A stretch of DNA of 64,000 nucleotides from Raillietiella orientalis. Its lineage: Eukaryota. The position numbers were made by a program, and so were the translations under genes. This document shows, in pieces, positions 39,201-52,653 of this stretch. The DNA is taken from NCBI GenBank assembly GCA_036172245.1, contig JAYWIR010000007.1, forward strand, positions 1,240,001 to 1,304,000, given 5' to 3'. Positions within the stretch are counted from its first letter, which is position 1, and each line of letters opens with the position of its first letter. The notes beneath the pieces were generated by a model. The model searched no databases, was not told the origin of the DNA, and saw only the letters and a program-made list of their open reading frames with translations.

Positions 39201-40700
39201 CCTTGGCTGTCACCTTAGTTCTTTGTTCACTTCTCCGGAGGGCTTTCCTAAAGGGAACGCGAGACCTGGAGACGAGACCCCTGAGGGAGGTGTCGACTCC
39301 ATGACACAAACTGGAGGAGAACCCCGAAATTCCGCAGCTCCTGTAAGGACCCTGGAGAGTCTACTCTCAATTCCGGCCGGTCAACAAGGTCATCCGGTCC
39401 AACGCATTGAAGAGCCACGCCTGAAAACTATGGAGCCAACCAGCGTCCCGAGGGGGGCACCCGGAACCCACAACGTACATATTCCCGGCGTCGACCCTTC
39501 ACGGGGGGGGGGTTCGAATCCGCGACAACAGGTGCCACAAGCAGAAGCCACGTGACCACACGGTTGCCAGCACGGGTTCAGACCATTCCTCCTGTGTCTT
39601 CGTACGCCAACGGGATGCTCAACTGCTGGAGTGTCTTGCCGAAAATCCCCATCCCTCCTGCCTCATGTTATCCCACGGCTTCACGGCCCCAAGATCTGAT
39701 GATTCGCTCGGAGTTCGGCCGACGCCACCCCTGAGAAACCTTCGCAACACTCGGGTGTGCGACCTCGAGGAGTATCCCCTTCCCCCTTCCGTACTTCCTC
39801 CGGACTCATGGGTCGGCGTGAATGTCCGCCTCTCGCTGGACCAGAACGTCGTTCGGAGAAGCATCGCAAAGGCTCCGCTTCTCGCAGCAACTCGGGCGAA
39901 GCTCCCGCTACGAGCGCACCCTTCCGCCTGCGTCCCTCGCCCAACCTCCTAAACCGAAGGGCGACGGTCAGCCCGCGCAGCCTCGTTTGAGAAGGCGGAG
40001 AACCACGCGAGGTCATCGATACGCCAACTCGCAAACCGGTCGGAGCTTCAATCCTTTCCGGCACCCCAACTGGGAAAGGGTGGCAAAGGGGCGCATGCGG
40101 GGCGTTTCCACAGTTGCGGTGCAACCAAACCAATGGTCCGTGTCACTTTGGGAATGGAACGCAAGTTCCTCGACCATGCGCGGGTCGGCTACTAGGGAGG
40201 ACCGGAAAGTGGAACAGAATAATCCCTTCGGCACACGGATGGAAGTCCCGTTCGCAATCGCGGGGTCGGTGGAGAGAGGCGGGAGAATGGGAGCAAGGAC
40301 GCGACGGGGAGAGGTGGGAGGAAAACCTGTGACTTTCGCCTGCCGTAAGCTGCAACGTTGCCTTGAGCGCTGTCCCGATTACGAGGCAACCCTCCCTCCA
40401 GCTGCTGCCACCAACGCCTCCGACCCACAGCCCCTCAAATTCGACTCCTCTCCGGCTCCCCGGGCAAGGGTCCGGAAGCTCGACAGAAGGAGCCGCACAC
40501 GCGCACCGGTCCATCGCTAAAGGAAAGGCGAAGATGAGCAGGAAGAGGAGGGGAAAGGACCGGGCCGATCCGCTGGACTTGGCACCCTTCGCACCGTCAA
40601 TCGTCCGTCGTGCGCTCAACTCTGGATTAGCCGAGTCAACAGCCCACCCCGCGCGCCAGATGCAGACCCCACCCGTGGGAGCCGCCTTCCCGCGGAGAAC
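36300..40700 (-). mobile_element. Highly decayed L1/Tx1-like element (ORF1-like, endonuclease and RT remnants)
   Basis: Endonuclease-like remnants VKSRGVEVLVIQ, DRDGRV and FLLLSGFRCMV (~38190-38630); post-RT-like TEKVESWR (~37215-37245). Many stops and frameshifts; limits approximate. Confidence 0.35.
37730..38075 (+). mobile_element. RT fragment of a different LINE, nested in opposite orientation
   Basis: KETIQHVLMEFFETFDPKYHGLVKIF resembles the RT motif V.LD..KAFD.+.H..L+.KL. Confidence 0.45.
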
Positions 40701-41387
40701 ACCTGGTCCTTACCCAGTCCGCCACTAAAGGCAAGCGCCAGCGTGGTGGAAACTTCCTCGAGTGCACTGCATGAATTACTTTCCCTGTGCTGCAGCATTA
40801 TTGCTGGGCTAAAGTGTAAAGGTGACGAAGAAAAAGAAAAAAATTACGACTGTAAATGGCTACATATCATAAACGTGGGGAGCTTTTTTTTTTTTTAACA
40901 GCGAATTTAACAGAGCAACGCTCAAACTTATCCATTCATCCTGGTGGAACGCGATCTGCCATGATTGTCTGAACTTAGGTCATTTTTGAGTTTGCTGTTG
41001 TTGCTGCGTTGAGTCAGCACTCTCAATCTTCCGTCGTTTTATATGGAAAATTGGGAGCAGCAATCAGGAATTTCGAATGTGAAGCTCTCAAAAATTAACA
41101 GTCTGGAGAGAAATAGTTTCAAAGTACTCAACGAAAAATTGTTGCCACTGGACACCACTCAAGGATTGAATCCAGCAGATTGATCTCCACCATGGCCAAA
41201 GATTTAAGCATGCTATTTTGATGCCACGTGATAGTACAAAATGGATGCCAAAAATGAAAACGAATCCTTTTACGATCACAAAAGGTACATGTTTATTTAA
41301 AAATACGTACAGATGCACAAAAGTACAATCAAAATCATTCCCTTCTGTCACAACTAACTTTTTAAACAACTGCTACCTCTTCAATGA

Positions 41388-43230
41388 TTAATCTTCCAGA
41401 GTAACATTGGAAAATAAATAAGACATGGATTCCTTGTTGTGAATGCGTCGAATAGCCTCAGCTAATAAAATACTAATGTCCACAGTTTTGATTTTGTGGC
41501 TCTGTAGTTTCTGCATTTCATGTGGTACTGTATTGGTGACCACAACCTGAAAGATGGGAATCATCACTGGCATATTCAACTCAAACAAGGTTCAGTGACC
41601 CAACTACAATCAGATTAATATTCAAATCATTATCTCATGGGTTAGCACTATCCAGTGACATCATGAACCACTAATTAATAAAGATAAGGAAACAGAAATA
41701 CACTATACCTCATCAATAGCTGAATCTTCAATAAGTCTAGGTGCATCAGAGGACAACAATCCATGAGTTGCCATCAGATAAATCTTGTATGCTCCTCTCT
41801 CTTTAAGCAGATCAGCAGCAGCCACAAAAGGTTGCACATCATCCACTATATCTTCCTGACATTGAGAAAAATTGAAGGAGTCTTATGACATTGCATCTTT
41901 TTACTTACCACCATTATAGCAATCATTCCACTAACATCTCCAACTACATCAATAGGTGGTTTCTCTTTAGCTGCAAGGACGGGCAAACTATTGCCTACAT
42001 CCATAGTGCGAGTTTTTAATACCATCGGAGGTGAATTTCTCCCATCCACCATGTCAAACTCAGCTTCTTTCTGCTCTCCATGGATGACAGCAATTCCCAA
42101 CCTCAATCGCTCAGCAAAGGAAGTTGCCTTTCTAGCTGACCCAGGATTCCTTGCTACAATAATTGCATTGCGATAATCTGGAATCTGCAGAAAATCCAAT
42201 TTGTTCAGAAAATTTGTGTATACCTGCTCCTGGATGTACTGCATCAGAAATGGAGAAGCTCGCAAATTATCTACTGGAATATCAAAGAAACCCTGAATTT
42301 CTTTTTGGTGCAAGTCCATTGTCAAAACATGTGTTAACCCTGCTTTGCCAAATAACTTAGCAACTAATTTGGAAACAATACAGCCTCTTTTTCTCATTTT
42401 GCTTTGCTTTGAATATGGCAGGTATGGGATAACTCCAACGATACTCCGTGCAGCTGAAGTCTTGCACACATATGCCATAATCAACAATTCCATGATGCTA
42501 TTATTCACATCTCTAATTTGAGAAACAAATAAAGTATTAAGTTTAAAGATGAGCCAATAAATTACTTTGCACAAATATGGCGTTTGCATTAATTTTCATG
42601 TAATTTATTTTTAATTTCTGATGTTAGACAGCAAACACAAAAAGCAACACATACTTGGAACCAGTTTGAATGATGTACACATCTTTGGCTCTTACTGAAT
42701 CTCCTATTTCCACCATAGTCTCTCTGTTGGTTTTATAGTAAATTGAACAGCATGCCATTTTTATCCCAAGCTTGCTTCATCATCGAAAACAAGAACAATT
42801 ACAATCTGCACATTACAATTTTCATCGGAAATTCAAAAACATGGAAATTCACATTGACATTTCATGATTAGTCACGACAAAGTGGTCTTGCAAAATCACC
42901 AAGTCTGCACATTTGTACTCTTGATGCAGGGCAATTGACACTGCATAACTAGTTTATTTCATTCACTGAAAAAATTCAGAAAGTTCAGGGAACACGAAGA
43001 ATGCATCCCATGCAAAAGCGAGAGAAGATCAACAAAAAGCATAAATACACAATACTACGTACTAACATAAATACACAGTACGCTTATAATGTACCGTACG
43101 CATAGTACACCACAAGCAAATGAGGAAAGCACGAAAAATCATGAAAGCAAAATGGTTACTCTGTTATGTTCTTGGCCAATTCTGGATGGGAATTGCCTGC
43201 TAAAATAACCACATCTGATGGGTTTGGCAT
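41388..43230 (-). CDS. PRPSAP: Phosphoribosyl pyrophosphate synthase-associated protein, 353 aa (exons 43230-43160, 42774-42655, 42512-42224, 42184-41909, 41855-41709, 41546-41388)
   Basis: [20 protein letters not shown]...[24 protein letters not shown]...[20 protein letters not shown]...[11 protein letters not shown]...[16 protein letters not shown]...[12 protein letters not shown]...[27 protein letters not shown] marks the associated (PAP) subunit rather than catalytic PRPS. Six GT-AG exons total 1062 nt in frame. Confidence 0.95.
41589..41669 (-). ncRNA. Candidate intronic box C/D snoRNA in the last PRPSAP intron
   Basis: GGTTC-ATGATG(T)...ATGA (D')...ATGATT (C')...CTGA-ACC. 81 nt, terminal GGTTC/GAACC stem, same strand as the host gene, in a 162-nt intron. 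Confidence 0.55.
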
Positions 43231-45549
43231 CTTGAAAAATGTACCGATTTGCTTGGAGAACGCGTTCAACGTGAATGGCAGCACATCTGATGCTGTCTCT
43301 GGAAACAAATCGTCAGATTAGGCAACAAGGGTAGGAAATTCGTGGGTGAAGGGGGGGGGGGAGGATTTCGTCATGAAGGTGTTTGGGGTGGGTGAGGCAC
43401 GGAATACCTTTGATGGAAACGAAACTATGGGTGGCAAACCCAATCAAGCAATACGTTACCGAGCTTTGGTTTTTACGCACCCGTCATAGTAAAGGTCACC
43501 GAGGTACAGGAGTGTCGGATGCAGGCACATGCTACATAATTCAGAATTTCATGCAATCATCCTGTCCACTGACGGATCTGGGATTCCGTGTACCAAAATT
43601 CCATAGTACACAGATATGAACGGATGCCAACAGCCAACCCGATGCACGAAGTACCAGAAACCCCCCCCCCCCCTTCCTCATCTCGGGGATGGAACGAAGT
43701 CACCTCGAGGAGAAAGAAGCTGGATTCCTGAGCAGAATCGTAAGTGGTATCTGTGAAAAATCCTCTTGAAAATAAGCCGAAAGAGTAAGAATCCAAATCA
43801 CTGGATAGATGCGGGGACCGTTTACACGCAAATAGTACGTTTAAAAAAACCACTTGGCATCAAGAGCTTCACTTTGTAGAACAAACCTCCCAAATAGCCG
43901 CCTGTGAACCTGAAAGAGGACTGTGAATAGCAATCACAAATGTGCTAAGCACAGTAATATTTGCATCTTGTGAGACATCCAAGATGAAAGTGATCCATTC
44001 GAGGTTACTGAGTCCTTAAATCCTAGGAGTTTAAAGCAGTGGTTCTTCCTGGTTGCAGCAAAGGCTTCATGCGGAAGCAAAAGGGTGTAACACAGTTTCA
44101 CAAGTGCCAAGAGTGCATCCTTGAAATTGGGTCTCGAGTGGGCAGTAGAACATACCCATTTTTTTTTTTTTTTTTTTTTTTTAGTACCCACATTTATCTG
44201 AAAACTCATATTTACTGCAGCATGATAAGCTGTCTAAGAGATTTCTCTCATGTGTAAAATCAACCAATGCACTCCTGAATGAAGATAAGCATATGCAGCT
44301 TCCGTCAGTGATAACTTCACAGTTAATCCACGGTTATCTTGAGGTTTTATTCAGCTCTTTTGTTACTGAGTCCGCAATGCTCTATCACTTATCAATGACA
44401 ACGACTGAGCCACACATGTTAGCAAGAAATAGGTAATTCTTAAGAAATTCGATCTTGAGACTGCCTATTGCTTAGGGCTCACAATAGGGCGTGCGAGCTG
44501 CGTGAGATACACCAGTCAACTTCATGCTGACTACCACCAACGTTGAATTTTCCGATTAGTTTTCAGCGACTTTAATACTACTCTTGACCTCTGCTCCTAG
44601 GAATCCTTAAGTTTAAACTCCACGCTCATTTTCGATCCTTCTCCGGTGCACAGAAAATCTGATTTGATACTGTTGATACTACTTTCAGTCTTCCATAATC
44701 ATTCCATTGATGAAGAGGCGGAGTATCGGAAGCCGAACATTTTAACATTTTCCATGCTCTGCACCCAAATGAAGGGAAGAGAAAGCTCCCGACTTGCCTT
44801 TCCTCTCTTCTCTCTCGAAGTAATCTGATCTAATTACTGATCAATTTTGCGTGTCATATGTCTGTAATATCACACTTAAAGCACGTGGTCACATTCCATG
44901 AAACCACTAGAGAAGTCACCCATTACTTCTGCTGCTTTCGATAAGGACTTACAAAAAAAAAAAGCGTCTATCCCGTTGATATTTTAGTCACTGCATTTAA
45001 CCACTTCAGTAAACAGTATGGGGAGTGAATGTGAACTGTGGCACATGCTTAATAAACATTCTTCAGTGCTTCATTGCTATATTTATGAAATCGTGTCCAA
45101 TCTCGGAGTGGAAAAACATCCTTGCAGCGTACCTGGAAGCTGGCGATGGGCGCAAGAGAGATCAAATGTTTAGCGAAAAATGAATCACTGCTGTGCCGCA
45201 TAAAATGGCAAAGTAATGTTGTTAACATAGAAGCATGAACCTATCGCATTCAAAGAGTATAATGCTGAACATCACCATAGTCACAAGTATAAAGATATGT
45301 GAAGGAATGGTAAGCTAGGACAGGAATTCATCGAACGGAAATTTAAAACAACTTCATTCCATCCATCTATTAATTCTACACCTAGAAGAGATTAGTTGCA
45401 TTGTTTTCCTATCTATTTTCATGCTGACTGCACAATGTGTGCTCTAAATGAAAAATTGCTTTGATGACTTCTTAATCCAGAAATGGCATGTAGACACTCT
45501 TAAACATGTGCATGTGCTTCTAGTATGCATGCATTGCCGTGTGTCATGA

Positions 45550-48250
45550 TCTCTTGCGAAACACACTGTAAGTTAAGAGCTGAAAAATTAAGAAGCGGTC
45601 AAATGGCTCAACTTGCTAAATGCTTTCAAAGTTTTCTTCGTCTTAGCCCCTGACAACTTGTCTTTCTTACACGTGCTAGAAACTCGAAGGACTGCTGAAT
45701 TAACAAGTAGGTTATGAGGAAGCACTATGAACAAATGATGCGAAGTTCGCCGAGTTCCACCAACAGCAATCTTTGTCTTGGACACAACGGTGGCTCGTTT
45801 TTTCCTCCAGAATGCTCTCTGATTGTACTCGGAAGCTGCTACTTTCCTTGGGTCGAGCGGACCGAACCGCAGCAAACTGCGATATTTCCTTGACTATGCA
45901 AATCCCAGGCTCAGAAACTGGAGCATGGACTAGACCGTAAGTCACTCAAGCAAAGTTCCCGAATGAGGTCGTAGAAACACTCTGAAAGTACGTAATGCAG
46001 CCCAAGGAGTCGATGTGTTTGTGCTCGATGTGCTTTTCATGTCTGCTTGTGCGCGCCTCACTTGCAGGTGTGAAGGTGCGAAAGGCTTATGGAATGCACC
46101 GTCGGACAAGGAGATGGCAGGACGCGTGTGTAAGCGCGAATCAAAAAAATGAAAAAATGCGAGGAAGAATCGAACTTTGTGGGAAATATGGTTGCAACAT
46201 CCCGAGAGCAATGCTGTTTGAAGAAGATACGGTGGAAAATACATTGAAACTTCAGCTGCTGCTGCACTGAGCTACCCGAAGGATAACACCCCAAACAATT
46301 ACTTCAAAACAATCTCTTACCAAAAGCAATTAAGCATTAAATTAAGCATTAAAAGCAACTAGCATCCAAGAGACTGCAACACGCAAAAAAAAAAATTGTT
46401 ACAGGGAGGTGGAAGTGCTATTTCAAGGGATCCTTCTTAATGTAAGGTTACAACCGGAGATGGAACTGATTGAGAGCTGCAACATAGCGACGTCTTGAAA
46501 GGTTGCCTTGCACTGTTGGAATTCTGAAGGCTCCTCGAAACTACCTGGAAACACTAGGACTTGCGAGCAGCATTTTCAAGCCGGGATAATATGCAGGCTG
46601 CCTTTTATTCTGCAATGGCAACACAGTCTTCAGCATGTTGTCTGGCCATGTACCTATAGGAAAGATATGGAAGAGGATAAAGAGCATTCGTCTCTGGGCT
46701 TTTTTTTTTTTGGTTTGCTCGCCTGCAGCTCCATCATTTACTGTGCTCTTCAGTTGATTGCTTTGCTAACCGATCAGTTGTTTCACCAAGTGTTGATGGA
46801 GATGCGAACACCATTCTCCTGGAAGCTGACTTTTCGGATTGTTAATCACGGAGGCAAGGGTCTGCTACTTGTTCTTTAGTAATCCGTGACCCTCAAGCTT
46901 CATTTTCCGAAAAGGTGCCTTACAGAGGGCGTGGTTAAACAGAGATGGATGTCTCCGGAACCGCACTGCTCCTGGATTCGAAGGAGGCTCCTCGTAGAAA
47001 TCAGTTTCCTCGTTGTGGATCTTCAAATTGCGAATCGCACGCACGAATGTTGTTGAAGGATGTCTCATCATTCAGAGTTACTTCCGGCCAATTTGCCGAG
47101 AAAAATTTGCCATTTTTCTCCCCGAAGGATGAGGGGTGCCTGAAGCCAGATGGGACGGGGTGATGTCGCTGTCGAACACGAAACGCAGCTGCAGATCCGC
47201 TCGAAGAATTGCCTCCCCCTTTTGACTTTGAGCGCGCTCGGCGACCGAAAACGATGTTCGGAATTGGGATACGGCGGGCACCATGGAGGCCTGTTTCGTG
47301 CGGAAAGCGGGTTCTCCAGCAGAGATTTTTCTTTTTCCCCTTCCTTTCCCTCCCGAAGAGTACTCGTTTTCTGTGCACTCGAATTCGAGTCAGACTGCAG
47401 GCGTCTCCACAAGGTCCCTGGAGGACAAGCCGAAGGAGCGGCCGCGTTCGTTTACTGGAAAGGGAGAGCAGATCTTCCGTCACATCATCATGCAAGAAGA
47501 GACTGAATGACATACTCGCGCCTCTGAAGACGAAAGTTGATCAGTTTTACAGGTAGAAAGGGAATGAGAGGACAAAAAAAAAAAAGGAAGGACCTTTAAA
47601 ATGCTTCGAATTTTCCGACTGATCGAACGTGCCAGCACCTTTCGGCACTCGCGTGAACCAGGTCGGCACCAGTCAGTGCTTGGCGAACCGGAGAGAAGCA
47701 GCAGCATCCTGGACCAACTTGGGAAGCCGTCTCTGCAGCAAAAGTTTCAAGGGTGGAGTGGATTGTCCTTCCGCCGATGAGGATGACGTCACCGGGGAGC
47801 TGGTTTTCCATTTGACTGGTGGAACCAACGAACCAACTAGGCAGGCAGGGTCTTCGGCAACTTCACATCGATTCCCACGCCCCCCTTTTCCAGGTTGACC
47901 CGTTGTCTGCCTCCAGCTGAAAAGGAGCAACCGTCTCTCACTGTCAGTTTACACTGAGGGTGCGTGCTGGGCCCGCTGTCCGCGTCTTCGGGAAGCTCAG
48001 AGAGAATTTTCGTCACAGCAAATCTGCCGTTGCCCGAGCCGCCCATGAGAGAGAGAAAGATCCTCCAGATGGGGATGACTTGGTCATCCTTCCACTTGAA
48101 CGGAATTCTGCCTTTGTGTGTATGCGTTCTTGCGGACGGACGGCTTGCGGCAACAAGGAGCGGCAACCAGGCGACTGAGGTTCCACGAAACGATCTGTTT
48201 CTTTGACGCACCTTGCTCCTTCCAGCATCACGACGACAGCTGCCACCCAA
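45550..48250 (-). mobile_element. Decayed L1/Tx1-like ORF2 (endonuclease through RT)
   Basis: Ordered remnants QIVSWNLSRL (~48170-48200), LPGDVILIGG, GTWPDNMLKTVLPLQNKRQP, SDGAFHKPF...QVRR and FAAVRSARPKESS. Confidence 0.5.
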
Positions 48251-51200
48251 TGTAGCTAATAGGTAATGCGACTGCAGAGGTAGCTGGTTTCTCTCGGCAC
48301 CCTGGCTCTGCGTGGTCGATGTCAGCTGACCTCCGCTCAAAGAGTTGAGCCAAAGTGATCTTTCTCAGTGGAGAATCCTATGTACCCCATCAAGGAGATC
48401 GAATGAGACACCTTTTCGAGACGGTGCCACAGGAAAGGACGCTGAACGAGCGGAGCGGGAAACCTCATGCCCAGCCTACACGTCGCCGTGCCCGGCAGAA
48501 CGTTGCTCCGTTGGTCCCATGAGCGAATTGGTCGGTGGTCAGGGACTGCCTATCTCTGGGGCTCTTGTTCCCAATTGAAACTACCTATCCAGACGTTTCC
48601 GGTCTTAACTGGAGCAACACTTCTTGTGCATTTTTGTTTTGGATTCTTGTTGTGGGTCAGTATATCAAGGACATACGAGCCCGCAAGGTCTTAGAATCGC
48701 AAGCGTAGAGACACTCTTTTGATGTTTTGTTTTTTCCTTTCATTTTCCTTCAAGTAGGAGAGCTCTCTGCCCTTGAGATATCCTCACTGTCTGTCCTCCT
48801 TCTGTGATTTTCCATTCGTTTTGGTTAGTTATTGTAGGATTTTAACAATCTGTTCAGTTTTTCTTTTGAATGTCTCTTCATGTTTAACATTTGCTTGTTG
48901 AAGATTTGTTTCTATGCAGACGAAACAATAAAAATACAAGTGGTGTTCTTCTAGCCAAAAAGAAAACATGTGTTGCACCAGCAAGCAGAGTGCTCCTTGC
49001 TATTCTTTCTGGTTTTTATATTTTTTGCCTGCACCTCTCTGCATCCTACAGCTTCCTTCGGTGATTTTTCATTGCCTTTGATGGCTCAATTATCCGTTTC
49101 CAGCCTCCTGAGTTCATGATTACTCATTTAAAATACTGCTTAAATAAAATGATACTGAATAATAAGTTCAATACTGCAAATATTCTACAAAGTTCCATCC
49201 ACCACTCGGCTCTTATAGCAAAACCGGTTCCTTTATCAAGCCGTTCACAACTGACTGAAAAATCCATTGCTCCGAATAACCCAGTGATTCTGTAAAGGTA
49301 GACTTCTGCATCGTTTATTTTTAATAGCTCATGTAATACATGCTGTAATGTTGCTGGTAATAGTAGCTCATCGATAGCTTCGGGAAAAGTATCACTCCGT
49401 TACATAACTTCTCAGAGTCGGAGAGTTTTCTGACCATCACTCCTTATTGTGTACTGTTTGTGTGTCGCACTCACTGCCACTTCTCTCTGACAGAGTTTGA
49501 ATGGGTCTGATGGTTTGATTCTTCAGAAAATGGCTTCCCATCGTTCACAACAGGGCAGATCTTTGTTCATATCGCATAAAAAAACCAATTCTGTGAAATA
49601 TTCGTAGGAGGAATATAGGAGCAAGTTGCGTATGCTACTACGCAGAAATCGGAACCATTTCGGAAACACAGGATGAAGGGATGCTTTTAACAGGTCTGTT
49701 TCCAATAGCATGGTGCCTCGAAACCAGGCGACAGAGAGTTCGACAATATGAATGGAACTGAAAGACTTTTCAACTTTTAGAGAATGGAAGGTGAGGCTAC
49801 TAGCAAGTAGCTACTCTTATCTTTTTTTTTTTTTCAAAAAAAAAACATACTCACCAGTTTGATTAGCAGTTCTACAGATATTTAAGCAGGAAAAGATCGC
49901 AGACGACAGGAAACTAAAACATTGAAAACTTTTCGTATGGGAGGAAGAAAAATACAAAGGCGATAACTTTTATTGATGAATTTCAATATACTTCCAGAAG
50001 TGCTGATTCTATGAAATCCGCAACATCCGGTTTCAAAAATCAGCCACAGACTAAGCACGGATGCTCTAGTGAGTGCATTCGAGATCACTCTTGCCTGCTA
50101 ATTTAGCCAAAAGAGTTTCTTTTGAGAACTGCTTGCTTCAAAGTACAAGCGCTGCTGATCACAGCATTTTGCAAATTTAGAAATTCCCTGTATATGTGCG
50201 TGTACACCAGTTTGTAAAGCGAGAAACGTGCCACATGGAGAATTCTTTATCCAATACAATATTCACACATTAAGAGTGAAAATTGAAATTTTGAGGATAC
50301 AAAACACTGCTTCCTTTCTTGTCTCACATTTAAATGAATGATTGAAGACATGCATTTGTAAGTCTAAACGCATGCCCGAGAGCATAGATTAGGTTACTCT
50401 CATTAATGGTATAAACTGTGGTGCCAAGGAGCAAAGTTCTTGTTCTTTCTGCTTTGACACATCTGTTGGATATTTTCTGTTTCATTTTAATCATGCTTTT
50501 TGCAAGATGAACAAAAATAAGCAGAACTCAGATGGAAGCGTTTTATTTAAAACTTGTTCTAATTGATGTTTGAAGTCAGGCATAAAGTTCGAAACACAAC
50601 ACACAAAAACAGCAAACGATGCAAACGGCACCAATGCATTTGTAATGCTTATGCAATCATCCGATTCTGTTTGAGAATTCGAAAATGTCCCTTGCTTGCA
50701 TCCGAGAGGTTGTTGGCAATCCTTGCACCAACAATTCTCCATGGCGATGACGCCAACACACGCAACAATGGGTTCCCCCATTCCCTGAAGGTTCGTCAGC
50801 AAACGGTTGGAAGCGTCAGAAACCCTTGGTTTTAGCTTGTGATCTCCTACATCCGAGCAAATGCGTGTTGTGTTTGTAGCAAAGGGGAACCGCATCGAAC
50901 ATTTAGTGTCCATCGCGTATCGAGCTTCACTTCTGGCTTGAGAGTGCTACCGACTAGCCCAAAGGCGAAGAAAACAGTAGTTATTCCCTTTAGTAATTCA
51001 TGCCTCCGCGGGATGAACGAGAGTAAATATGGGAAGCGGGGTGCTCGCGGCCGGGTTTCACTCGATGAGGGTGTGGGGTGCCCACTTGGGGTTCCCATTT
51101 CGACCAGAATCTTACCGAGGAATTCAGTTCGGGCTCTCGGAGAGAATCACCAGAAAAGCGGACGAATTCACCCGCCCGTTTCGAGTTGGCGCACTCCATT

Positions 51201-51892
51201 TTGTGTGTGTCGGGCTACAAAATCGCAGTGTTGCTGGAAAAAAAAACGAGTTCGTGCTGTTCGTGTGCCATTGCTAATCTTTTACCAGATTAGTAATGAA
51301 ATGCACGAGATGGATTCTTTTTCTCTCTCCCTCCCCCCCCCCCCCCTCAATTTTAGTATTGCCCTGAACGTTACAGAGTTTCGTCGGTTTAAAAGCTCCT
51401 GGGGTGGGCTGTCATTTTTCTGGTTGGAGTTTGAAATTAGCTTGAATGTTGCGGTGCTGTTCCTATCCATCTTATGGGCTTGCCTTTTTGAAATCCCTTT
51501 GAGACGATTCGCGAAATAAAACCAGCGATGGGGTCTCCCACCCTACTCGGAGTCCACTCGCTCGTAATGTTCCTCACGGAGGAGAGACCCCATGTCCATC
51601 TGCTCGACTGCTTCTTGTAATCCTTCCAAGCTTTTCGGGCTCAGAGACGTCAAGTTCTTCGATGAGATCGTCTCGGTAACAAATCTGACTGAAACCCGAA
51701 TAAGAAGAGATTTTGAACGTTTAAAATGTACTTATGAGCGTAATTTTCCTGTTTTTTTTTTTTTTTGTGTGTGTGTGTGGAGTTTATCATGCTGGGAAAG
51801 AGGGATTCGATAGAGTCTGTACTTCTTTTACGTGTTGTGTTGCTCCTAATTCTGCAACCTAATTCGTGTGTACTAGCAGTAGATATTAAAAT

Positions 51893-51927
51893 ATCGCTTC
51901 TCGGCCTTTTGGCTAAGATCAAAGTGT
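51893..51927 (+). pseudogene. Truncated U2 snRNA retrocopy (nt 1-35) with target-site duplication
   Basis: ATCGCTTCTCGGCCTTTTGGCTAAGATCAAAGTGT is the U2 5' end, with the invertebrate-type GATCAAAGTGT. Flanked by AAAAT at 51888-51892 and 51928-51932 and preceded by TT. Confidence 0.95.
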
Positions 51928-52653
51928 AAAATACGAGAAATATCTTCTTTCTCCATTAGAAATTAAGAGAGAGGGAAAAAAAAATAGTAGCATGGCACAT
52001 AGTAGGCAGCTTCCCCCCTCCCCCCCCCCAAATTTTTTTTTTCTTCAAAAAAGGCGATAGATCGCTTGCTTTGGTATGCCAAAAAAGCTGTTCCGAACTC
52101 TCTCGCAAAACCCGCGAAGATGCCCAACGGCTAAGCGGGCTGACGTTTTCATCCCCCACGAGCGAGCGCGAGAACGCGGCCGGCAGAACGGAACGGAATG
52201 AACTTTTGAAAGGAACTCACTGATGCACTTTTCCAGAACAGGAAAGTGCATCCCTACCAATCTCGTGGAAGGGGCGCGGTGGTACACGCAGCATCCCCCG
52301 ATCGTTCGTGAGACTCGTCTTCTACGGGTTCAGCGTGGAAGATTACCGTTTCCGAAGTGAGCCGTTCCTCCGTGGACACTTCGGCGGTTTTCGGATCACG
52401 AAACACCACGAATTTGCGTTGTGGCGATTTTACTCTCCACTTATAAGTGATGATGCTGTGTTTAGCACCTCGAAGATTTTTTCCTAACGTCGTCATAACA
52501 TTCATTGGATGTAAAATTCGAATTTCCGTAGATTTCATTTTCTGATACCTGTTTTCGTTTTTTTTTTTTTTTTTGTTTGTTTCGTGCTTGTGTTTTAGTT
52601 TTCATGTCTCAGTACTTGGTTGCAAAAATCAGATTGGAAAAATAAAAATTACC

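Noticed and set aside
39505..39525. GGTTCGAATCC B-box suggesting a tRNA or SINE
   Set aside because: No A-box or cloverleaf at the proper spacing.
42860..42950. Possible H/ACA snoRNA in PRPSAP intron 1
   Set aside because: One short hairpin and an ANANNA box, but no convincing second hairpin or ACA.
50491..50913. Yippee-like CKDCQQPLGCK motif
   Set aside because: Only one CxxC pair, with no other family residues or clear splice context.
51881..51890. AGATATTAAA, antisense to U2 stem IIa, next to the U2 fragment (self-priming idea)
   Set aside because: A 10-nt AT-rich match that overlaps the TSD; compatible with chance.
51893..51927. Functional U2 snRNA gene
   Set aside because: Only nt 1-35 are present; no stem II, Sm site or 3' domain.
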